Origin: Nitrospirota bacterium
GTDB taxonomy: Bacteria; Nitrospirota; UBA9217
Direction: 5' to 3'
Length of the DNA: 64,000 nt
Assembly (NCBI GenBank): GCA_035623825.1
Contig: DASPSR010000011.1
Location: forward strand, 1,791 to 65,790
Shown here one piece after another: positions 47,902-56,327 of the stretch (its first letter is position 1; each line of letters begins with the position of its first letter). Both the position numbers and the translations under genes were made by a program. The notes below the pieces were generated by a model. That model had not been told where the DNA came from and did no database searches. It saw only the letters and a list, made by a program, of their open reading frames with translations.

Positions 47902-48045
47902 ATGGAAACAAACGAACGCAGGTCCGGGAATGATCGAAGATCGGGTGGAGAGCGACGAGTATTCAATAATCCAAGATACAAGGGCCCTGAGCGGAGGCGT
48001 ATGCCAAACAGAAGATATTGGCTAAACTACAGAATATATTCTTAA
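47902..48045 (+). CDS. Candidate 47-aa arginine-rich small protein (below ORF-track cutoff)
   Basis: ATG 47902 behind AAGGGAGG with 5-nt spacing. METNERRSGNDRRSGGERRVFNNPRYKGPERRRMPNRRYWLNYRIYS. Repeated (E/D)RR(S)G units. Confidence 0.3.
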   Translation: METNERRSGNDRRSGGERRVFNNPRYKGPERRRMPNRRYWLNYRIYS

Positions 48046-48246
48046 GATATTATTTGATTTCGAAATATGCGAGTGCTTATCTCATCCATCGACCTTTGAA
48101 ACAGTTGTCGTTTTCATTCATCGAACTTTGCAAAGTTACATGCCACATTTATTAGCTCCCTCCGGATCACGCCCCTTGAAGATGCCTCTCTGTTCTGCTA
48201 TTCTCGTCCCTATTGACATAAGCGCCCATCGAAAGGAGACAGTTTT

Positions 48247-49014
48247 ATGACGCCTTCTGTCCATTCCTCAGCGAATGCGCTTTCGCCTGCTCTGTCCAAA
48301 ACAGCGGCAGCGGGTTTCATCTTCTCCTTGATTGCCGCGGGAATCGCCGCATTGGCGGGACTTGGCAGCCGCTCGAACTGGTGGGACTTCTCCACGGCCC
48401 TTCTCATGCTCCGGGTGGCGGTCATCGGTGGGCTCCTTTCCTTTGCGGTCTCACTTGCCGGTACAGTTATCACAATGCCCGGAACGTGGCGAGGCGGCTT
48501 TAGGCTTTCAGTCTTCGGAATTGCTATCAGCTTCATTGTCGTCTCCGTTCCGCTCAGCTGGTACGCCGTCGCGCGCCAGTTGCCGCCTATCCACGATATC
48601 ACGACGGACACAATGGACCCACCCGAATTCAGGGCCATCCTGCCACTCCGAACGAAAGCCCCCAATCCCGCGGACTACGGCGGACCCGAAGTAGCAGCCC
48701 TGCAGCATAAGGCCTATCCTGACGTGAAGCCCCTCACGCTCTTTACGCCGCCGGACCGGACTTTCGACCAGGCCTTGGCCGTTGTGCATTCTCTAGGATG
48801 GCAGATCGTAGGGCAGGACCGGCAGGAAGGACGCATCGAGGCAACGGATAGAACCATGTGTTTCGGCTTCACGGACGACGTCGTCATACGGGTGAGACCG
48901 GAAAGCAAGGGAAGCCGTGTCGACATCCGCTCCGTCTCCCGCGTCGGCAAGAGCGACATTGGGACTAACGCCGCACGCATCAGGAAGTTTCTGCGAAAGC
49001 TGTCATCCGTGTGA
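48247..49014 (+). CDS. DUF1499-domain membrane protein
   Basis: N-terminal TM helices. C-terminal FGFTDDVVIRVRP......VDIRSVSRVGKSDIGTNAARIRKF is the DUF1499 signature. Confidence 0.7.
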   Translation: MTPSVHSSANALSPALSKTAAAGFIFSLIAAGIAALAGLGSRSNWWDFSTALLMLRVAVIGGLLSFAVSLAGTVITMPGTWRGGFRLSVFGIAISFIVVSVPLSWYAVARQLPPIHDITTDTMDPPEFRAILPLRTKAPNPADYGGPEVAALQHKAYPDVKPLTLFTPPDRTFDQALAVVHSLGWQIVGQDRQEGRIEATDRTMCFGFTDDVVIRVRPESKGSRVDIRSVSRVGKSDIGTNAARIRKFLRKLSSV

Positions 49015-49550
49015 AGACTCATTGCTGATTAAGATATATCTTGTTGATGAGTAATAATTCTCCAGTTGAAGCGTTAGAAAAAATTCTTTCCTGCAAGACG
49101 CGGGTTGCCATCCTCCGAAACTTTTTCATAGTTCATCCCGAAATCCTGTTTTTTACACCTATTCCCGATTGTTATCTCATGCAATCACCAAATCATAAGC
49201 CCATATATTACTGGTACTTGTTCTTGACCTTTGCTATGTTCTAGTTATGAATACTGCGTTATTGGTGAATTTCATTATTTCACTGAGAAGTGAATATTTA
49301 CCTTGTGCCGAAGAATACTGCAGTTGGTCGGTTTTTCAAACGCAACATGCCGTAAATGCAATAGAATGAAAGTTGCAAATTCTGGAAATTGACGTATTTA
49401 TTATACCCGTGATTAAATTTAACGAGATATTGGAAATGCCAAGCCCCCATCGTAAGAGTGCAACAGCGGTTTGGCGTGAAAGTTAAGGCGTTTCAGGATT
49501 CTCTGGCGGATGCAGGCGTTTTATATTAGTTCAGTTGGAGGAGGCTGAAA

Positions 49551-49763
49551 ATGCGTATAAATTTTATTAGGCACGGATTTTTGGGCTTATTATTGACTGT
49601 GCTGGTCGCTGGATGTCAATCGGCTGCTTACCATAAGCAGCAAGTTCAGGATGATTCCGGTGATCGTGTGACCGTCGGTAAAGTGCAGAAGGAAATCCGT
49701 ATTGGCATGAGCGGTGCTACGGATTTCTCATTCCGCTTTGAGCGGGGCCGTGAAAGGGGATGA
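49551..49763 (+). CDS. Short lipoprotein, possibly a truncated gene
   Basis: GGAGGAGG RBS and lipobox LVAGC. After VTVGKVQKEIRIGMSGA the sequence looks unnatural and stops. Confidence 0.3.
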   Translation: MRINFIRHGFLGLLLTVLVAGCQSAAYHKQQVQDDSGDRVTVGKVQKEIRIGMSGATDFSFRFERGRERG

Positions 49764-49849
49764 TGAGTAAAAAAATAAGAGGAACAGTACTGATCATTGC
49801 CATGAATTGTTTTGGGTGCTCTGGATTTGCACGAATAACATCGTTACGC

Positions 49850-50434
49850 ATGAAGGACAATATGTCTTTATCGGCTGCAGTCGCTTCAGGAGCAAAGCTA
49901 ATAATAATATTATTTTTCGTGACTTTACTGCAAAACGGCTTCGTCTATGGAGCCGATGAAGTCGATTTGCCTTTTTGGGCTGGGAAAGGCGCTAAGACTG
50001 ATAAGAGAGTTTTAACAATAAAGCCACACTGTTGCTGTACTGGTGACATTGCAATTGCACGATTATCTCGACTCCCTTTACCTGGAGAAAAGGACCCCCT
50101 AGAGCCTGAGTTGGTATTGGAGTTAGACGAAAGCGGCGAAGTCTTGCGAAGGTGGCCTTTGCCAGTAGATACGAGAATATTAGCAATAGACGGAGACCAG
50201 ATACTTGTTCCAATAGCACCTAGATCCGGTTCTAATTCAGCTGTGGCAATATTTATTTCTTCTCAAGGAGAAATATTAAAAACCGTTATGCCAAATAATT
50301 TGACCGAACCCGTTATCTATAAATGTCCTAGCCTTCCAGAATTTGGCAAATCAGCGTATGTTCGGTGCTGGATGTTCAGAGACTTATCGAACGGAAAGAT
50401 TCGTCGACTGGCCTATCAGGGGCCTTGTTCATAA
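49850..50434 (+). CDS. Hypothetical secreted protein in an AT-rich stretch
   Basis: Internal ATG 49850 gives the signal-like MKDNMSLSAAVASGAKLIIILFFVTLLQNGFVYGA. No family recognised. Confidence 0.4.
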   Translation: MKDNMSLSAAVASGAKLIIILFFVTLLQNGFVYGADEVDLPFWAGKGAKTDKRVLTIKPHCCCTGDIAIARLSRLPLPGEKDPLEPELVLELDESGEVLRRWPLPVDTRILAIDGDQILVPIAPRSGSNSAVAIFISSQGEILKTVMPNNLTEPVIYKCPSLPEFGKSAYVRCWMFRDLSNGKIRRLAYQGPCS

Positions 50435-50751
50435 ATGCTTATAAATTGATCTGAGAAAAAACTTCTTCCTGTACTTGTTGTAATTGCCAGTCCTCTAAAC
50501 ACTTAACGTCACGTCTCGAATATGATGTTTAATATGTTTCTGCAACGCGCTAAAAATACCCCATTGCAATTTCCTATTTTCTGTTAGAATCAAGATAGCC
50601 TGTTAGATGTGGTGGAGAAGAAACTGTGCAAGGCGCTTGCTAAAAAGCCGGGGGTTGCTCATCAAGGGCCCCATACTCGAAGTCTTGGATGGCCACGGCG
50701 CCGCCGTCGCCTTGTTCGAGGTGGTCTATTACTAACGAGGGGGAGGAAATT

Positions 50752-51228
50752 ATGAGAGCAATATGGGTGATGTCGATCCTCATGGGTCTGTTCGGGGTAG
50801 CTTCGGTCTACGGGGCCGACAACTTGAAGGCATTTCCGCCTGCTGAGAGTGGGATGGTTCGATATGTGCTGCAGCTTCCGGCGCAGCAGGATGAGTCTCT
50901 GCTTAAGGTGGAGCTACTGATCGGCCAGATTGTGCATACTGACGCCAAGAATCGCTATTTCCTCGGAGGGAAGATCCAGCAGCAGACGATAAAGGGTTTT
51001 GGCTACACCAGTTACAAAGTAAGCAAGATCGGGCCGATGGCGGGCACCTTGATTGCCGTAAACCCCGACGAGCCGAAAGTCGACCGGTTCATCACACTGG
51101 GAGGCGAACCCTATCTCATTCGCTATAACAGCAAGCTGCCGGTCGTGGTTTACGTGCCGGAAGGTGCGGAGGTGCGATATCGGATTTGGAGTACCGGAGC
51201 TGAAATGAAAACCATGGAGAAGGGCTAA
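50752..51228 (+). CDS. eco: Ecotin (periplasmic serine protease inhibitor)
   Basis: ATG 50752 behind GGGGGAGG. KAFPPAESGMVRYVLQLP.QQDES.LKVELLIGQ and IRYNSKLPVVVYVPEGAEVRYRIW align closely to E. coli ecotin from memory. Confidence 0.9.
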   Translation: MRAIWVMSILMGLFGVASVYGADNLKAFPPAESGMVRYVLQLPAQQDESLLKVELLIGQIVHTDAKNRYFLGGKIQQQTIKGFGYTSYKVSKIGPMAGTLIAVNPDEPKVDRFITLGGEPYLIRYNSKLPVVVYVPEGAEVRYRIWSTGAEMKTMEKG

Positions 51229-51282
51229 GGATGGAGATGCTGAAATTATTATTTTCAGACCGTGGGTTATTAGGTACGTTCA

Positions 51283-51774
51283 ATGCGTAACATATCACGT
51301 ATCATATTTACTATCGCCCTATTGCTTTGCATAGGGCAAGCCTTCTATTACTATCCGCTACTTCCTAACCGAGTAGCCTCGCACTTCGGAGCTTCCGGTC
51401 TGCCGAACGCTTGGTCTGACAAGGAAACTTTCTTGAAGATCTATCTCTTCATTGTGGCTTTTATCGGGGTCCTATTCTCAATCACCGGGGTCGTCGTCAG
51501 AAAGCTTCCTGATTCAATGATCAATCTGCCGAACAAGGACTATTGGCTATCTCTTGGGCATCGGCAGGAAACTACTGATTTTCTGGCACGGCAATTCCAT
51601 TGGTTCGGTTCAGCAACCCTCCTGTTACTACTGGATATATTCCACCAGTCTTTTACTGTCAATCTCGGCAAAGCCGAGGCCCTTAGCCATCCTGTGACGA
51701 GTATCGCAATTTACGTCGGATTTTCCCTGCTCTGGAGTGTTATTTTAATCGTAAAATTTATGCGGCTTCCCTGA
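51283..51774 (+). CDS. DUF1648-like membrane protein
   Basis: YYYPLLPNRVASHFGASGLPNAWSDKETF pattern. 4 TM. Confidence 0.6.
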   Translation: MRNISRIIFTIALLLCIGQAFYYYPLLPNRVASHFGASGLPNAWSDKETFLKIYLFIVAFIGVLFSITGVVVRKLPDSMINLPNKDYWLSLGHRQETTDFLARQFHWFGSATLLLLLDIFHQSFTVNLGKAEALSHPVTSIAIYVGFSLLWSVILIVKFMRLP

Positions 51775-52038
51775 CCGCCTCATTCAGCTACGAAGACATG
51801 GATAGGGAGGATAAGCTTGATAGGATATGATTGGTGTAGGATATCGCTTTTCAGCTGAGACTTTCATCGCGTATTACTTCCTGAAATAGATAAAGTTGCA
51901 AACCTCTTATCACTTGATGTTTCATTCGAAAACTGCTGAGCCGCTACCCAAAAAATCTCTCTTTATTTTAATAAAAGATTCTACTATACTTGTCTCTGGC
52001 CGTACTGTCGCTACAGGTCACGAGGATTAATTTATCCA

Positions 52039-52701
52039 ATGCTCCATCAGCATAAGAAAACAATCACATCATCACCAGGTGATTTTTCGAAATGGCACCG
52101 CGGCCGGAAAGAGTTTTCGATCTGGATGATTGAACTGGAGCATGACGAAGTTCACCGGAAAATCTGGGCTGCGCGTAATCATCTTTCGGGATTGCTGCTC
52201 TCTCCGTACGAGAGGCAACCGCACATTACGCTCGTTGTTTGCGGGTTCCTGGTCAATGAGCGCCGTTGGTATGACGACTATGACAAGAGCCAATTCGATG
52301 CACACTGCCGGCAACTGAAGGAATCTAAACTCAAACCATTTTCCATAGAAATCCACGGCCTCGACAGCTTTGCTTCAGCGCCATTCTTCCACGTGCGTGA
52401 CTGTCAAGGCGGAATTGAGCAGATCAAGGCGCTGCTGTCGACTACGGCGATTGATATTGATGACGATAGGTATAGTCCGCATGTGACGGTAGGCTTGTAT
52501 TCGGGCGCATTCGATAGCCGGATTGTGTTGGAGCGGATCAAGGCTTTTGCTGATGAACCAATCAGGCTTTCCGTGGACCGGATAACGTTTGCAGCTTACG
52601 ATGCATCAGACATTCGCGGGCCGCTAGTTTATAAGCATCGGGTAGAATTATCAAAGTGTGAGTGCATACAGGAAGTGAACTGTACCCCTCGGACCAAGTG
52701 A
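52039..52701 (+). CDS. 2H-phosphoesterase (LigT-like) superfamily protein
   Basis: Two HxT motifs: PHITLVV and PHVTVGL. Confidence 0.65.
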   Translation: MLHQHKKTITSSPGDFSKWHRGRKEFSIWMIELEHDEVHRKIWAARNHLSGLLLSPYERQPHITLVVCGFLVNERRWYDDYDKSQFDAHCRQLKESKLKPFSIEIHGLDSFASAPFFHVRDCQGGIEQIKALLSTTAIDIDDDRYSPHVTVGLYSGAFDSRIVLERIKAFADEPIRLSVDRITFAAYDASDIRGPLVYKHRVELSKCECIQEVNCTPRTK

Positions 52702-52988
52702 TCATATTACATATGTTCAGGCACCGGTCTTTTGACTGCGATGTCAATATATTTCATAGGTGCATTCAATACTGACCTTCAATGTGAAAATTAACAGTTT
52801 TCGTTTGAAATATAGGGCGAGTTTTCATCCTGTAATAATTGAATTTGCCATTCGTTGAACCACATCAAGTTACATCCGGAAATTTACAGCGCATAACAAT
52901 CACCATTCTTTGTTTTTGATAATCATCACTTTCAGAAAGGCAAATATTTCTGAATACAAGCCGAACGTATCCGATCAATATAAAGAAA

Positions 52989-53474
52989 ATGTTGCTCTTC
53001 CTAAAAAACCTTGCCTTTACAATCATTGTCCCCGGGACAGTGGCGTTCTACATCCCTATCTGGATAGCTGGACGGCGGTCCGGCTTCCTTACTTTTTCGT
53101 CGGGTTGGGAACAATTCGTGGGGCTTGTCCCGATCCTGTTGGGTTTGGCAATCTATTTCCGGTGCGTATGGGATTTCGCTACGATAGGGCGAGGGACTCC
53201 GGCGCCGATTGACGAGCCTGACAAACTTATTGTGCGAGGGCTATATCGTTATGTGCGGAACCCGATGTATATTGGCGTGCTTCTTGTGATCCTCGGTTGG
53301 GCAATATGCTTCCGGTCATTGGGGGTGGTAAGCTACGGGTTCTGTGTGGGCTTGGCGTTTCACGGGTTCGCGGTAATATTTGAAGAGCCGCATTTGCGGC
53401 GAAGATACGGCGAATCGTATGCACACTATTGTCGCACTGTGCATCGATGGATTCCTGGTCGAGGGAGGCTATGA
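52989..53474 (+). CDS. ICMT/PEMT-like membrane methyltransferase
   Basis: LIVRGLYRYVRNPMYIGVLLVILG and EEP.L...YG..Y..Y signature. Confidence 0.7.
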   Translation: MLLFLKNLAFTIIVPGTVAFYIPIWIAGRRSGFLTFSSGWEQFVGLVPILLGLAIYFRCVWDFATIGRGTPAPIDEPDKLIVRGLYRYVRNPMYIGVLLVILGWAICFRSLGVVSYGFCVGLAFHGFAVIFEEPHLRRRYGESYAHYCRTVHRWIPGRGRL

Positions 53475-53650
53475 TTTCTTATAATTTTTATTCTGAATAA
53501 AACACATCTTTTTGAAATGTGCGACTAACACGTCTTATCAGAACGAAAAGATACATCCTGGAATAGCGGACATTCAAGTTATCGCGACAATCAATGGTTC
53601 ATCTCTTAATCTTGTTTTTATAATCTTGCTACTTATTGTCGTATTCTCAA

Positions 53651-53705
53651 TACCCTAAAAATACCCCATCAATAATCGGTGCCCACTCTTAATCCATGTT
53701 ATATT
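53651..53705 (+). promoter_or_regulatory. Promoter module with TACCC-N6-TACCC repeat (upstream of GEMM-I no. 3)
   Basis: TACCCTAAAAATACCC (53651-53666). TATATT -10 at 53700-53705, the same distance from the repeat as in the other copies. Weak -35. Confidence 0.4.
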
Positions 53706-53739
53706 CAAATTACTCAATTCATGGTATCCGTCAATTAAT

Positions 53740-53832
53740 GGATCCCGATAAAGCCAAACCCTTTGCAAGAGGAGCGGAAAGCGGCGGATCTTAAAAAACA
53801 AAGATGGCCGAGCTGCCGAAGGCTAAGATCCC
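53740..53832 (+). promoter_or_regulatory. GEMM-I riboswitch aptamer no. 3 (more divergent)
   Basis: AAAGCCAAACC-CUUU-GCAA(GNRA)-GAGG..GCGGAAAGCGGCGG..GGCCGAGCUGCCGAAGG. Closing helix GGAUC/GAUCC. No terminator follows. Confidence 0.6.
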
Positions 53833-53927
53833 CAATATATTTGACCATTTTTGCTAATAAGGTAACGGTTAGGACCTGACAGATATCGTTTGTTGATTCT
53901 CTTTAACCTTTAGACAAAGAGGTCGCC

Positions 53928-54377
53928 ATGAAAAGAATTTTCAGTATCATGATTCTGGTTCTTTCGACAGCGGCTCTGCTCGGTTCCTGCCAAGGAGGAG
54001 GTGCAACCAGCGAAAGGGGAAGAAGTGCGTCGTTGGGCCCTCTGGATGCTGCCTTTAATACTACGGGCATAGTGACCACTACCGTTGGTACGATCAGGGA
54101 TTATGGCCAAGCAGTTGCGATCCAATCAGACGGGAAGATCGTTGTGGCCGGCTATGCCGATAACGGCAGCCAAGATGTCTTCACGCTTGTGCGGTACAAT
54201 ACTAATGGTAGTTTGGACAAGACTTTTAATACTACGGGCATAGTGACCACTCCCATTGGTACGAGCGATGCAGACGCCTTTGCTGTCGCGATTCAGTCGG
54301 ACGGGAAGATCGTTGTGGCCGGGGATTGCGATAACGGCAGCCAATACGTTTTTGCGCTTGTACGATATACGCCATAG
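53928..54377 (+). CDS. Lipoprotein with two delta-60-type repeats
   Basis: Lipobox LLGSC. Two copies of (L)D..FNTTGIVTT..GT......AVAIQSDGKIVVAG..DNGSQ.VF.LVRY. Confidence 0.7.
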   Translation: MKRIFSIMILVLSTAALLGSCQGGGATSERGRSASLGPLDAAFNTTGIVTTTVGTIRDYGQAVAIQSDGKIVVAGYADNGSQDVFTLVRYNTNGSLDKTFNTTGIVTTPIGTSDADAFAVAIQSDGKIVVAGDCDNGSQYVFALVRYTP

Positions 54378-54573
54378 GTGAAGATTAGCGGAAAGGCTGC
54401 CCGCTGGAGGGGCGTCTGTCCTCCTGATCCAATTTTTAGATGGGCTTATTCCCATCGAGCGGGGCTTTTTAAAGGAAGTAAAGCATAAAGGGGCTGATGA
54501 ATCGCGGGATGACTTTCAAACAGAAATTGTTAAAGTTTCAAATTTCCTATATCAAAGTTCGTAGGTGTACTAA

Positions 54574-54696
54574 ACGAAAACCTAATATGAAATTAATCAC
54601 ACGTCATTTCAGAATGAAGTCTCTAAATAAGTCGACCCGATTTTTTGGGAATTAACCTTTACTTCTGCTTTGGCCTTCGGGTAGAAAACTCGAGGG
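54574..54696. repeat. Intergenic element, copy 4 of 4 (two conserved blocks)
   Basis: 54576-54618 matches 25313-25355. Hairpin block 54661-54696 (CCTTCGGG-tagaaaa-CTCGAGGG) keeps pairing through G.U wobbles. Confidence 0.6.
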
Positions 54697-54767
54697 ATAT
54701 TCGTCTGGAATAGGGGTGAATATATCGATTTTAGGAGTTCAAAAAGATACAGAACCTAAAGATTGAT

Positions 54768-54801
54768 GAAAAAAGGGGACAGCAATATCATTGCTGTCCC
54801 C
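54768..54801 (-). terminator. Intrinsic terminator of the 54828-55070 gene
   Basis: GGGGACAGCAAT-atc-ATTGCTGTCCCC with a T-run on the minus strand. Confidence 0.65.
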
Positions 54802-54827
54802 ATGCGCCATTTATCTGATCGAGATAA

Positions 54828-55070
54828 TTATTTTTCTCTTTCGCCAGCCTCGATTCCTTTTCTTGTCTGTTCAATGGCTTTCTGCACCAGCTCAAGAGCT
54901 TTTGCCCGATGGCCTCCCTTGTTGTGCTCAGCCATCTCCAGTTCAGTCTTGGCGGTTTTCAAGGCATCAAGCGCGGCGATCATATGAGGCTGATTGATCG
55001 CGGCCCAGCTTCCAACTGCGCCACCAATAAGAATACCGATAACCAAAGCAATGACGATTTTCTTTACCAT
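54828..55070 (-). CDS. Small membrane-anchored helical protein
   Basis: GGAGGG RBS. The N-terminal TM helix MVKKIVIALVIGILIGGAVG, then an amphipathic helical region. Confidence 0.5.
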   Translation of the reverse strand: MVKKIVIALVIGILIGGAVGSWAAINQPHMIAALDALKTAKTELEMAEHNKGGHRAKALELVQKAIEQTRKGIEAGEREK

Positions 55071-55443
55071 GATTATTCCCTCCTTGTATTAAGTCATCGA
55101 AATGTGGAGCCCTCAAATTCATGAACGTTTAGACCAACCGGAGATAAAAAGGTTGAAGGGGAAAAGGGTATCCGTGTAAATAGCGGTTATTGCTGTTGAG
55201 CTGATTTGCACGTTGAATTACCCCACCACTATCCATCTGGATCGGACTTTAATCTTTAAAGATTTCAGCAACTGGTACCGAAGAGATAATATAATCTTTC
55301 CAAGGGGATGCACAGACGAGTGCTTTAACGGGTCGGGACTTATGAACTTCCTGACCATACAGTGGTAACGGATATTCGTAGACAGAAAGCAAAAGGGAAG
55401 AGCACATTCGAGCATCCCAACGGATGCGCGGACCATATCTACT

Positions 55444-56241
55444 ATGCCTGCCATGACAAACGCGGTTCATCCGCAGATATTGATTGTTGACGACGACGCC
55501 GTTCTGGTCGATCGGTATCTCGAGAGCCTTTCCGACACTTATCGGATCGTCACGGTCCAGACCGGACGGGTTGCGGTTGAACGAGTTAAACGGCGCAATG
55601 ACATCGATCTCGCGGTCATCGAATACCGGCTTCCTGACATGTCAGGCATCGATGTCATGAAAGAGATCAAGGACTACGCGCCATCGGTTCTCGTTATCAT
55701 CGCCACTGCATATGGCGATGAGGAGGTAGCGGTCGAGGCATTCAGGAGCGGCGCCCGCGATTACCTGAAGAAGCCCTTCGGCATATCCGAGCTTTCCTCG
55801 AAGATCGATTTCTATCTCGCTCTCCGGCACGCGGATCAGCAGCGCAGAAAGAACATCCTTCCCGGGACCGATACGCCGGAGCTGCCGGGGACGCAGCCTA
55901 TCTCCGTCACACTCAGCCAATACCGTAAGATACAGAAGGCCGTTCGCTTCATCAACGACAACTACCGGAACGATATCTGTCTCGACAACGTTGCCAGGGA
56001 GGCCGGCATGTCGCCGGCACACTTTTCAAGAACATTCAAAAAGGTGATGGGCCTGCCGTATCAGGACTATCTTAACGGCCGCAGGATCATGAAGGCCAAG
56101 AAACTTCTCCGCACCACCGCCCAGAGCGTGACCGAAATCGCCATCTTCCTCGGTTTTGCCGACCCGACCGGCTTCGGCAGAACTTTCAAGAAACTGACCA
56201 GTTATACACCTTCCTCTTATAGAAACTTGCCCGAGAATTGA
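55444..56241 (+). CDS. Response regulator with AraC-type HTH output
   Basis: REC domain (ILIVDDD...DLAVIEYRLPDMSG...KP). C-terminal HTH_18 (AHFSRTFKKVMGLPYQDYLNGRRI..AKKLL...FADPTGFGRTFKK). Confidence 0.85.
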   Translation: MPAMTNAVHPQILIVDDDAVLVDRYLESLSDTYRIVTVQTGRVAVERVKRRNDIDLAVIEYRLPDMSGIDVMKEIKDYAPSVLVIIATAYGDEEVAVEAFRSGARDYLKKPFGISELSSKIDFYLALRHADQQRRKNILPGTDTPELPGTQPISVTLSQYRKIQKAVRFINDNYRNDICLDNVAREAGMSPAHFSRTFKKVMGLPYQDYLNGRRIMKAKKLLRTTAQSVTEIAIFLGFADPTGFGRTFKKLTSYTPSSYRNLPEN

Positions 56242-56327
56242 TTTTCTGCCAAAAGAGCATTAAAAGCCGAGAGCACGTCATATAAAGCCGAGACAGGTAC
56301 GGCTGCTGTCTGCTAGCTTTATCAGGT

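Noticed and set aside
50546-50590. Fifth copy of the TACCC promoter motif upstream of ecotin.
   Set aside because: Only the second half-site (TAAAAATACCCC) is present, and the distance to the putative -10 (TAGAAT) differs. It is mentioned in the finding but not annotated as a site.
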